Assembly: GCA_041548485.1 (NCBI GenBank)
Contig: JBFESP010000004.1
Coordinates: 33,319-97,318 of the forward strand
Reading direction: 5' to 3'
Source: Thermoplasmata archaeon
Lineage (GTDB): Archaea > Thermoplasmatota > Thermoplasmata > UBA10834
Length of the DNA stretch: 64,000 nucleotides
In this document: positions 44,451 through 53,121 of the stretch, in pieces
Layout: the number at the start of each line of letters is the position of its first letter
Numbering within the stretch: position 1 is the first letter of the stretch
Notes under the pieces: model-generated
Database searches by the model: none
The model's input: the letters and a program-made list of their open reading frames with translations, nothing else
Told to the model about the DNA's origin: nothing
Made by a program: the position numbers and the translations under genes

Positions 44451-45584
44451 TTGGACGTCAGGCTGGCTGCGAGGTATCCCTTCAGGAAGGAATCAGCGGA
44501 TGTCCTGAAGGAGTCGGGGGTGACCCTCGACAGACTGATCTCCAGCATAGCGTATCAGGAGGCTCGGTCGCTGGGCAAGCAGAGGGTCCTGGAAGCCGTC
44601 GAATACGCCAAGATCGTCAGCCATCCGATGACGAACGAGACCAACGCCATGAACGAACTCCTCAGTTACCCTGTCGCCAGGATGCTCGTGTCCTGTCTAG
44701 GCGACAAGAAGTTCGTCCACAGGTACGCGGTCGCCGAGGCCAAGCTGGCGAACTCCAGGATGACCGAGGAGACCGAGCGCAGCAAGGAACGGGAGGCCAA
44801 GAGGGTCAGGAAGAGTGCTGGGGATGACGGCGTCGCATTCGTGATTAGGCTGGCGGGTGAGCTGGGGCTGCACGTCCATCACGTCGGAGACTCGCTAGCC
44901 GTCGAATTCGGCGACTACCTGAAGTGCTCGTCGGCCATGAAGAGCGGGTCGTGGAAGCTCGTCAACCAGGACGTCATTGGCGGCAGGACTCTCATAACAG
45001 AGGAGAGGTTGATACGACTGGTCGAGCAGATGATAACTGATGGGATCATCTCCGAGCTGCCGCTCCCCGTGAACGATGAGATCCTGGGCGCCCTCTCTGA
45101 CGACGTGGACGACATAAGGCAGGCGCTGGAGGAGAAGAGGGCTGAACAGCCGGAGAGGGACTTCGGGACCATCAGCATCGTGAGGTTCCCGCCCTGCATG
45201 AAGAAGCTGCTCGAGATGATACGCGCAGGGGAGAACGTGCCGCACACTGGCAGGTTCGCCCTCGTTGCCTTCCTCCACACGCTGGGGATGGATTCGGACG
45301 CCATCCTCACGACATTCGCGATGTCAGCCGACTTCGACGAGAACAAGAGCAGATACCAGATCCAGCACATAACGGGCGAGGTATCAGGCACGGAGTACAC
45401 GCCGCCTGAGTGCAATACGATGAGGAGCTACGGTATCTGCTTCGACCCCGACGACCTCTGCAACCGAGACTGGATGGCGCATCCTCTGACGTACTATCGC
45501 ATGAAGGGCAAGAAGCCGGGGAAGAGGCGAGGCAAGGTCAAGGGAGGGACTTCCAGATCAGATGCGCGCGCTGGACAGCGGTGA
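44451..45584 (+). CDS. priL: DNA primase large subunit
   Basis: ARYPF, RYAVAEAK, FPPCM, HTGRF, YQIQHI, YTPPECNTM..GIC...C; start TTG 44451. Confidence 0.94.
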   Translation: MDVRLAARYPFRKESADVLKESGVTLDRLISSIAYQEARSLGKQRVLEAVEYAKIVSHPMTNETNAMNELLSYPVARMLVSCLGDKKFVHRYAVAEAKLANSRMTEETERSKEREAKRVRKSAGDDGVAFVIRLAGELGLHVHHVGDSLAVEFGDYLKCSSAMKSGSWKLVNQDVIGGRTLITEERLIRLVEQMITDGIISELPLPVNDEILGALSDDVDDIRQALEEKRAEQPERDFGTISIVRFPPCMKKLLEMIRAGENVPHTGRFALVAFLHTLGMDSDAILTTFAMSADFDENKSRYQIQHITGEVSGTEYTPPECNTMRSYGICFDPDDLCNRDWMAHPLTYYRMKGKKPGKRRGKVKGGTSRSDARAGQR

Positions 45585-46158
45585 CGTTGCCCGCGATGCC
45601 GAAGTACAGCATCATCCAACCGATCAGGGAATAGCCGAACAGGTTCTCCCCCATGTCCACACCGAGGGACATCAGGGCGAACTGCACGATCGGTATGAGT
45701 ATCAACAGCGCCAGCCGGTCGGCTCTTCCGAGTATGCCTCGGTACTCCCTCCTGAGCCCGAGCGCCTGAGCCTGTGTCCCCATGTAACTGGCAAGCATCA
45801 CACCGATTATCGCGAACAGGCCGACGAAGACCGAGCAGTGGGCCCCCAGTGCCACGCCCGCGAGTATGAACACGTCGGCGTACCTGTCGAACACGTGGTC
45901 TACGAAGTCGCCTCGCTTGGACTGACTCGCCTGCAGCCGCGCGACCTTCCCGTCAAGCGCGTCCAACAGGCCGTTGGCCCCGACCATCAGGGCGGCGACG
46001 AACAGGAAGATTGCGGCTTCCAGAGTGAAGAAGAACCCTGCCAGAACCGCGAAGGCCAGAGCAGTGATCGAGAGGTGGTTCGGATTCATCCTGGACATAC
46101 GCCTGGCCGCGGGGGACAGCAGTTTGTCGGCCTCGTCGCGATAACTATCTAAAACCAG
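45538..46158 (-). CDS. CDP-alcohol phosphatidyltransferase (archaetidylinositol-phosphate synthase-like)
   Basis: PNHLS, DALDGKVAR...GDFVDHVFDR motif; first ATG at 46098, possible CTG start at 46158. Confidence 0.9.
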   Translation of the reverse strand: MVLDSYRDEADKLLSPAARRMSRMNPNHLSITALAFAVLAGFFFTLEAAIFLFVAALMVGANGLLDALDGKVARLQASQSKRGDFVDHVFDRYADVFILAGVALGAHCSVFVGLFAIIGVMLASYMGTQAQALGLRREYRGILGRADRLALLILIPIVQFALMSLGVDMGENLFGYSLIGWMMLYFGIAGNVTAVQRAHLIWKSLP

Positions 46159-46664
46159 TCTAGGACCTCCTGGCTCCAGTCAACATCGCCTACAGGATAT
46201 TTCTCACTTTCTCCGGCCAATATCTCCTCCACCGCGCACGCCGCATCCTGGACGCTCATGTCGGTCACATCGACCTCGCACACGACCGGAGCAGACTCCA
46301 GCGCCTCGATCAGGATGACATCGACCGCCTCGGCCTCGAGGTTCTCCATGATCTTCGCTTCGCTCCAACCTTTCCCTATCAGTCGCTTCTTCAGGATCCT
46401 CGGGGAGCATCTGAGGACGATCGCGACATCGACGCCGAGCAGGTGCGACAGATGGCCTTCGATGAGAGCATCCTCCTCCATACGGGCCACCGACTCCGCC
46501 AGCTTGTCGACATCCACCTCCTTCGTATCTCTGGCCATGTCGAATCCAACGATTGCATCGGCAGCCTCCGCGAGGGCGTCCACCGTGAGAACCCGGAAGG
46601 ACCTGACCATGGTCGAGACGCTTGTCTTTCCGACCCCGGGCGTGCCTGTGAGAGCGACCTTCAT
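46149..46664 (-). CDS. Archaeal adenylate kinase (AK6/Fap7-like)
   Basis: TGTPGVGKT, EGHLSH, LRC, KIMENLEAE. Confidence 0.9.
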   Translation of the reverse strand: MKVALTGTPGVGKTSVSTMVRSFRVLTVDALAEAADAIVGFDMARDTKEVDVDKLAESVARMEEDALIEGHLSHLLGVDVAIVLRCSPRILKKRLIGKGWSEAKIMENLEAEAVDVILIEALESAPVVCEVDVTDMSVQDAACAVEEILAGESEKYPVGDVDWSQEVLDWF

Positions 46665-46709
46665 CGACTGGGGTTAGCCAGTCCATGGTTTATTAATCAT
46701 CACCGATCA

Positions 46710-47516
46710 CTATCGATGCAGGGCCTTCATAAGATGCCTTGAGAACTCCTGCTCGAACTGGCATTTCTGGAGGCGGTCCTCGAAGACCCTGCGCACTGAC
46801 GCCACCGCCTTCGTGTCGGCCGGGAACTCGACGCCGCACTCCACATCCATGAGCAGGAGGAACTCAGCAGGTGCGAGGCCGATGTGGCGGGGGGGCCTCG
46901 CCGCTTCAGGGCCGATGCACTCCTCGTCGATCGCCCCGGCACTTCCGGCGTCTATCATCCAGACGATCCGTCTCACCATGTTCCACAGGTAGCTCTCAGC
47001 TTCGAAGTCAACGACGATGAACTGACCCGCGTCTGAGACCTCGATCGAATCGATCGTCCTGGTCGGGTCGCGTTCGTCCTTCCTTGAGAAATCGGAGAAG
47101 TCGTGGGTGCCCTCGAAACGCTTCGCGAGCATCCGCATCAATCCTACGTCCTGGGCGTCCCTACGCAGGTAGTACCTGTACCATCTCCGACGTGCCCACC
47201 TTGGATTGAAGTCCTCCGGGACCTGAACCGCTGAATAAGTCCATAGGTCCTTCGCCTGCGAGTTGACCGCCGAGCAGAGCGCCCTAAGAGGGAAACCGGT
47301 CGTGAACGATACCACGTTACAGACGGCGCTGACGCCCCTGTCCGTCCTGCTCGAACTCCGCAAACGCGCGTCCTTCGCGGATTCGACGGCATTCACGGCT
47401 ACGAGCGCGTCGATGAGTGCGCCCTCGACCGTTCTCTTCCGAGGCTGCCTCTGATAACCGAAGAACTTCGAGCCATCATAAGCTAGTTTGACCGCAACCC
47501 GCGACTCCTGAGGCAC
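46710..47516 (-). CDS. truA: tRNA pseudouridine(38-40) synthase
   Basis: AYDG..F.GYQRQP, SRTDRGVSA, GTHDFSDF, YLWNMVR. Confidence 0.94.
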   Translation of the reverse strand: MPQESRVAVKLAYDGSKFFGYQRQPRKRTVEGALIDALVAVNAVESAKDARLRSSSRTDRGVSAVCNVVSFTTGFPLRALCSAVNSQAKDLWTYSAVQVPEDFNPRWARRRWYRYYLRRDAQDVGLMRMLAKRFEGTHDFSDFSRKDERDPTRTIDSIEVSDAGQFIVVDFEAESYLWNMVRRIVWMIDAGSAGAIDEECIGPEAARPPRHIGLAPAEFLLLMDVECGVEFPADTKAVASVRRVFEDRLQKCQFEQEFSRHLMKALHR

Positions 47517-47570
47517 GGCCAGGACAATCCTACTACAGAGTTAAATATCTGCGGAATCTGTCGTACGGCC

Positions 47571-48296
47571 GTGCCTTCCATCAGGATCGTCCTCGTCGAG
47601 CCGTTGCACGACGGTAACGTCGGAGCAATCGCGAGAGCGATGAAGAACTTCGGCCTGGAGGAACTTGTTCTCGTCAGGCCCTGCGCCGTCGGGGAGGAAG
47701 CGGTGAAGCGGTCGATGCACGCGGTCGATGTCCTCAAGAACGCGCGAACTGTCTTCACCGAGGAGGAGGCGTTGGAAGGGGCGGACTATGTTGTCGCTAC
47801 CTCCGGTATCGACACCTCCAACGACAAGAAGTTCCCCCGGATATCGATGGTCCCCGAGGCATTCGCTGAGAAGGTGAAGGACTTCGGCGGGACCGTTGCG
47901 ATCCTGTTCGGAAGGGAGGATTTCGGGCTCGACAACGACCTCGTCAAAAGGTGCGACTTCCTCGTGACGATCCCCGCGAACCCACTGTATCCCATAATGA
48001 ACATCAGTCACGCGGCGGCCGTGCTGTTCTATGTGCTTCACTCCCGCGACGCTGTGAGGCTCGGGCCGAACAAGGCGTCCGGGATGGAGGTCGAAAAACT
48101 GAACGAGTACTTCTCAAGACTACTCGACGTGATCGAGTATCCCGAGCACAAGAAGGTGAAGACCTGCGTGATGTTCAGGAGGCTCATGGCAAGAGCGATG
48201 CCTTCCACCTGGGAGTTCCACACGCTCATGGGTATCCTGGACGGGGCGATAGATGCGGGTGAGTCTGGCGCGGAGCAGGACGGAGGCAAGGAATGA
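47571..48296 (+). CDS. TrmJ-type tRNA 2'-O-methyltransferase (SPOUT)
   Basis: GNVGAIARAMKNFG, LFGREDFGL, YPIMNISHA. Confidence 0.92.
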   Translation: MPSIRIVLVEPLHDGNVGAIARAMKNFGLEELVLVRPCAVGEEAVKRSMHAVDVLKNARTVFTEEEALEGADYVVATSGIDTSNDKKFPRISMVPEAFAEKVKDFGGTVAILFGREDFGLDNDLVKRCDFLVTIPANPLYPIMNISHAAAVLFYVLHSRDAVRLGPNKASGMEVEKLNEYFSRLLDVIEYPEHKKVKTCVMFRRLMARAMPSTWEFHTLMGILDGAIDAGESGAEQDGGKE

Positions 48297-48412
48297 AACC
48301 TCCTCATGCACCGACCGAGACTGTTTAAGCGCGAAGAAAATTGTTGCGCCCCCGGGGAGTTGTTGTGGGGGCGCGTGTTTGCTGTGTTGTTGTGGGGGGA
48401 GGAACTATTGGG

Positions 48413-49495
48413 TCATCCTGACACTCTGGCGAACGAATCCCGTCTCGTTCCGACGGCTTCACAACACGACCCGTTCCAAACGGTCGCGTCGTCCATTGAA
48501 GGCACGCATGCGTAGTCCGGTAGATAGGGTGGCTTCACCCCGGTCACTATCGCCATCAACTTGATTGTGCTTCTCAGATCGGCGTCGATCCTCGCGCCGA
48601 GCTTGATGTGGGCCTCGTCGCTGAGCCTCTTTGTTACGCCGTTCAGCACCTCGTACGCCTTTCTGAGAGACAAGGACGGTCCACCGGTAATGTGAATCAT
48701 CGCGCCAGAGGCGCCTTCGAAGTCGATGTCAAGGAGAGGGTTGGTGACCGCCTCCATCACCACCTTATCGGCGTCCTCGTTCTCGGCATAAAGCACGGTC
48801 GAGGCACCGCCCTGGATCATGATGTTGCGGAAGTCGGCGAAGTCTAGGTTGATCATGCTGGTCTGGCAGATCGTCTCGGTTATACCTCTCACGACTTCGA
48901 CGATAAGCTGGTCCATGACCATGAACGCCTGTTCGACTGGCAACTTGGGGACTATCTCCAGCAGTCTGTTGTTGTCGAGCATGATGGTGCTGTGTGCGTG
49001 CTCGCGCAACTTGGACACACCCCTGTAAGCCGTCTTGAGGCGGCTCTTCTCTATGTCGAAAGGGAGGGTGACAAGCGCGACGGATACCGCCCCGTGTCTG
49101 CGAGCGAGCTCAGCGACCACCGGCGCCGTCCCCGTTCCCGTGCCACCACCCATGCCAGCAGTTATGAAAACGATGTCGTAAGGCTTGACCGCAGCCTCGA
49201 TCTCGCCAGCGAACTCGTAAGCCACCTTCTCGCCCAGCTCAGCGTTTCCACCTGTCCCGTATCCTCCGGTCGACCGCTCGGCCAACAGTAAGCGCTTGTC
49301 CGCCTTGACCTGCGCTAGATGATACTTGTCCGTGTTCATCGCGATCGTGTCTATTCCATCGAGACCGACCCCGTTAATCCTGTGAACGCTGTTGGACCCG
49401 CCTCCGCCGCAGCCGACGACGCATATCTTCGGAGCAAGATGTGCCTCAAAATCGCGCTCGCTCTCAAGAGCTTCCTGGAGGAGCTTGCTGAGCAT
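48413..49495 (-). CDS. ftsZ: Cell division protein FtsZ (FtsZ2-like)
   Basis: VGCGGGGSN, NTD, GMGGGTGTG, NLDFAD, HITGGP; downstream of a cdrS-like gene; start ATG 49495. Confidence 0.9.
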   Translation of the reverse strand: MLSKLLQEALESERDFEAHLAPKICVVGCGGGGSNSVHRINGVGLDGIDTIAMNTDKYHLAQVKADKRLLLAERSTGGYGTGGNAELGEKVAYEFAGEIEAAVKPYDIVFITAGMGGGTGTGTAPVVAELARRHGAVSVALVTLPFDIEKSRLKTAYRGVSKLREHAHSTIMLDNNRLLEIVPKLPVEQAFMVMDQLIVEVVRGITETICQTSMINLDFADFRNIMIQGGASTVLYAENEDADKVVMEAVTNPLLDIDFEGASGAMIHITGGPSLSLRKAYEVLNGVTKRLSDEAHIKLGARIDADLRSTIKLMAIVTGVKPPYLPDYACVPSMDDATVWNGSCCEAVGTRRDSFARVSG

Positions 49496-49586
49496 CTCAA
49501 CAGCTCCGTTTCGAGCGCTCACGCTCATGCGTACACACATGCGTGGCCAACTTGCATCCCATCCCGCGTATGCCCTCGCGACGCCC

Positions 49587-49901
49587 TCACTTCTCCAATC
49601 CTTCGATCGCCTCTGCGAGCCTCTTGCGGATGTATTCGCGCACCGCATTCCTGATTGCATCGTCGACCGATATCGAGTCGCCATCCTGGACGAGCTGCTT
49701 CAGGTTCACGACGTTGCCCTTCGGAAGTTCGACCGTCACCTTCTCGATGTACTCAGGGGTGAACTCCCCGTCCACGAAACGGTCTATGGCCGCTCTGACG
49801 GCATCAGAAAGCGTTGAGAACCTTCCTTGGTCGACCAATGCCTGGAGCGCGTTGATTCGTTCGTGTGGCAACCGTATTGTGACTCTCTCCGATTCGACCA
49901 T
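49587..49901 (-). CDS. CdrS-like ribbon-helix-helix regulator with two tandem RHH domains
   Basis: ERVTIRLP...LVDQG...SDAVRAAI repeated as EKVTVELP...LVQDG...DDAIRNAV; directly upstream of ftsZ2. Confidence 0.85.
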   Translation of the reverse strand: MVESERVTIRLPHERINALQALVDQGRFSTLSDAVRAAIDRFVDGEFTPEYIEKVTVELPKGNVVNLKQLVQDGDSISVDDAIRNAVREYIRKRLAEAIEGLEK

Positions 49902-49914
49902 CTGGCCGCACTCC

Positions 49915-49985
49915 TTCGTCCGACACTTGAGGGCGTTTCGTCAGACAATTGTCATTAACGTTTAATCGATATTTATACCTTTCTA
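49915..49985 (-). promoter_or_regulatory. cdrS-ftsZ2 promoter with repeated motif near the start site
   Basis: Minus-strand AGAAAGG-TATAAATA (BRE/TATA, about 49970-49985); plus-strand TTCGTC(C/A)GACA at 49915-49925 and 49937-49947. Confidence 0.6.
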
Positions 49986-50051
49986 GGCCGTGGCATTGTT
50001 AACTTGAGTATGATGATTCCGGCCAGCTGCGTAGGACGCCAATCTGACGAT

Positions 50052-50813
50052 TCAATCAATGTCCACGATGACCCACGTGTCCTTTCCAGTTAGCGCTTCA
50101 GTCCTACCACCAATTAGACCGCATGTCTTGGGCAGAACCGAATTAACCACCTTGCCTCTACTGAACGAGGCTTCGTTGTGGACGTTCAATGCTTCTTTGA
50201 GTCGTTCGACTTCCCTGGTGAATGCTCTGCTAACCCTTGTCTTGCCCTGAGTATCGCGCCACACGTCGAATGGCAGAATCCACGCCAAGTCGAGAACTCC
50301 TGGTTCGAACCCGAGTTTCTTCTCTTCTTCTGTTCTCTGCGCTAGAACGTCCTGCATCCATTGAGGTGCCTTCTCTTCGTTTGTGTAGCGGCGACAGGGA
50401 GTTTTGTCAAATCGGGCAGCGTAAGTTTCTCCAGCAAGGATTGAACTGCGTGGAATTCCCGCAGCCGCGAGCAACTCCAGTGCATCCTTCCTGACATCAT
50501 CGTTGTTCACAAGCACCGTCATCGAGTTGAGCCATAGGTCTTTGCACCCAGTTTGATTGAGGAAGCTCTTCACTGAATTCTTCGAGAAGGAACCATGCTT
50601 CCGAAGGTTGTAGTTTAGATCCAAGTCTCGGATGCTACGTTCGCAATGACTTAGATACCTTACTGGCTGAGGGTGACGGAGATTGTCCGATTGTCTGTTG
50701 CGTATTGCCTCCAGCTGTATCAACTGATTCTCCTGGATGTACGCATCCACGACCCTCTTGTAGGAACATGTCTTGATGTACGCGTAGTATCTCGAGTCTC
50801 TGATTTTGGCCAT
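50052..50813 (-). CDS. Hypothetical protein (253 aa), cargo of insertion cassette
   Basis: Long ORF, GAGGGGG SD-like sequence upstream; no recognised motif. Confidence 0.7.
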   Translation of the reverse strand: MAKIRDSRYYAYIKTCSYKRVVDAYIQENQLIQLEAIRNRQSDNLRHPQPVRYLSHCERSIRDLDLNYNLRKHGSFSKNSVKSFLNQTGCKDLWLNSMTVLVNNDDVRKDALELLAAAGIPRSSILAGETYAARFDKTPCRRYTNEEKAPQWMQDVLAQRTEEEKKLGFEPGVLDLAWILPFDVWRDTQGKTRVSRAFTREVERLKEALNVHNEASFSRGKVVNSVLPKTCGLIGGRTEALTGKDTWVIVDID

Positions 50814-51074
50814 ACAACCCCCTCTTCAGAGATAGCCCTCATCGCGGAGCCATGATTGTGGCTTACGTCTTCAGAGACTTCTGGTGGTGAACTCGCCTTT
50901 CCGCGCAGCACTAGCTACCTTGGCCGTCGAACATCCATTTCGGAGATGTCCGCTGAACCATACATAAGTAAACAGAGTTCTGATTTTTGCATTTGTTTAA
51001 ATCCGATTAAGCCGCTTTGGCTTGGGGGGCTACAGACCGATTGAATGGTTTGAACCCCATGTAGGTGTGCGGAG

Positions 51075-52229
51075 ATGCATAATAATGCGAAGAAAGTGTG
51101 CCTTGTGGTAACCCTGAGCGCCGCGTTGATGGTGCCGGGGCTATTCGTAATTCCGAACGCCGCGGGGGAACCAGTTACCTGGACCTTAGCGTTATACGTG
51201 AATGGCGACAACAATCTCGAGGATGAGTGGGATGGAACTAGCCTTCCACTCTTGCTCAATCTTCCGGCAAATTCTGACATCAACATTGTGGCAATGGTTG
51301 ACCTGAAATCAACTGATGGCACAGACCTAGTTGAAATTTCTGGAAGTAGCTGGCAGGTTGTCGACAGTTACCCAGAGAAGAATTTTGGCGATGGAGCAAC
51401 CTTGCAGTGGTTCCTGAGCGAAGTCTCCGGTCTCTATCCATCCGAGATGTTATCGGTGACTATCTGGAACCATGGAAATGCCTGGAAAGACGTCAGCTTT
51501 GATGACACTTCGTTCGACAGGATGTATATGCCGGAGATGAAGGCAGCAATCGAGAATGCAGGCGTTTACATAGACGTCCTGTCGTTCGATGCCTGTAGCA
51601 TGGGAAATATCGAAGTCGCGTACGAGGCTTACACAACTGGGTTGGTCACCTACATGATAGGTTCTGAGGAATCCGTTCCATTCGACGGATTTCCCTATGA
51701 CTTCATGTGGACACCAGTAGCTCTTGATTCATCAAGAACCCCGACCCAGGTATCCGTGGACATGGTAAATGGCTGGGGACAGTACTACGACAACACTACC
51801 TTTAACACCGTGGGTCTCTCCGCAGTAGACGTGACGAGCATTGGTGAATCGATAACCACCTTCGAGACATGGAGTGGTCTCATGCACGACAACCTCGGCG
51901 CCTATGCTAGAGTGTATAGGGATGCTCTGAAGAGCGCGTACATTGCGTGGGGGACGAAATATCTGGTGGACATAGCTGATCTGGGAGACACACTGCTAGC
52001 CGACAGCAAATTCTCCAACGCGGCCCTGAGAAGTGCCACCACGGCTATGGTCACAGCAGTAGATGATGCGGTGTTGGCAGTTCACTCCTGCTCCGCGCTG
52101 CCAGATGCCAGAGGACTTACGCTGTGGTGGGGTGTAAAGGGCGACTATAGCTATTATGGGCCTTTATACCCGGAGATCCAGTATGCTATCGACACGGGCT
52201 GGGATGACTTTCTGGCGGACTACAACTAG
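51075..52229 (+). CDS. Clostripain-like cysteine peptidase (C11), secreted
   Basis: Signal peptide, WTLALYVNGDNNL, NFGDGATL, WNHG (His), FDACSMG (Cys), EVAYE, GSEE. Confidence 0.88.
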   Translation: MHNNAKKVCLVVTLSAALMVPGLFVIPNAAGEPVTWTLALYVNGDNNLEDEWDGTSLPLLLNLPANSDINIVAMVDLKSTDGTDLVEISGSSWQVVDSYPEKNFGDGATLQWFLSEVSGLYPSEMLSVTIWNHGNAWKDVSFDDTSFDRMYMPEMKAAIENAGVYIDVLSFDACSMGNIEVAYEAYTTGLVTYMIGSEESVPFDGFPYDFMWTPVALDSSRTPTQVSVDMVNGWGQYYDNTTFNTVGLSAVDVTSIGESITTFETWSGLMHDNLGAYARVYRDALKSAYIAWGTKYLVDIADLGDTLLADSKFSNAALRSATTAMVTAVDDAVLAVHSCSALPDARGLTLWWGVKGDYSYYGPLYPEIQYAIDTGWDDFLADYN

Positions 52230-52245
52230 GGCCAGCTGAGAACAA

Positions 52246-52270
52246 GTGCTCGCCCTTGCTGGGCGAGCAC
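52246..52270 (+). terminator. Perfect hairpin after the peptidase gene
   Basis: GTGCTCGCCC-TTGCT-GGGCGAGCAC followed by T-rich GCTTTCCTTATTTTT. Confidence 0.5.
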
Positions 52271-53121
52271 GCTTTCCTTATTTTTGCAGCATGGATGACC
52301 TTCACCAAACGGAAGCCGATGTTTCAGGATCAGGCTGTTCTCTCGCTGTAAATGCGGGTCATTTTGGCTCGAAAGAGGGCGATTTCGATAGCCGGAGACT
52401 GATTTCGGAGGATTTCCTTGAATCCTCCCCAAAAAGAAGACCCCGGTTCCCAAGGCGACGCCCAACGCGGTGCCCATATGCGCTTGTCTCAAGGAGGAGG
52501 AGAGATTACATTGAAAGGAACCGGGGTGAGCTGCGACTGATCGTCAACCATGTCAGCTCTTGTGCATCCCTCGACCACTATCCTCCTAGTCAGGCGACAT
52601 GTTTTAGGCATATTTCTACTCCATTGCTGAATTCTTGTCATTCTGCCTCGGAAGAGGTCGAGTTCAGTTGGCCCAGATACTAATTTCGGATACTCCGCCC
52701 GAAAGACCCGCTTCGCCATCGTTCTTCGCACTAGCTACGTCAGTTGTCAGACATCCATTTCGAAGATGTTCGCTGAATCATACTTAAGTTAACAGAGCCC
52801 TAGGCCGTGGTTCTGGAACGCCATCGGGTGGTCCCCGTCCGACGTTTTTCGCTGTGAATCTTCGGGTGGTGGCGAGCTTCAGAAGCTCGTGCCACTTGAA
52901 CCCTGGCAGGGCGGCGAAGAATCTGATGCTAGAGAAGAAGTAACCCGACACCAGATTACGAGGGGTGACTGGGTGGAGACCGCACCCCCCGGGCCTGTCG
53001 GGAGGCCCGATACTGTGAGTATCACACCCCCAACGAACAACATCAGGCTCGATTCAGATAGGAGGCTCGCAGCCTGAACCGAAACCATGATTTGCACCGA
53101 GTACGCTAACTGGCGGCGCTG

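Larger units (their letters stand above)
49992..52799. mobile_element. Non-autonomous IS-derived insertion cassette with passenger genes
   Basis: Left end GGCATTGTTAACTTGAGTATGAT (49992-50014), right end revcomp GGCTCTGTTAACTTAAGTATGAT (52777-52799), 20/23 identical. Flanked by exact CTAGGCCGT at 49983-49991 and 52800-52808. Interior is visibly more AT-rich; no recognisable transposase. Confidence 0.8.

Noticed and set aside
50021-52238. GGCCAGCTG direct repeat bracketing the two cargo genes (50021-50029, 52230-52238) as a nested target duplication
   Set aside because: A 9-mer match within 2.8 kb is expected by chance, and no inner inverted repeats accompany it.
52226-53097. Short ORFs in and just beyond the right part of the cassette as genes or transposase remnants
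   Set aside because: No recognisable motifs and mutually overlapping frames; cannot be supported without a search.
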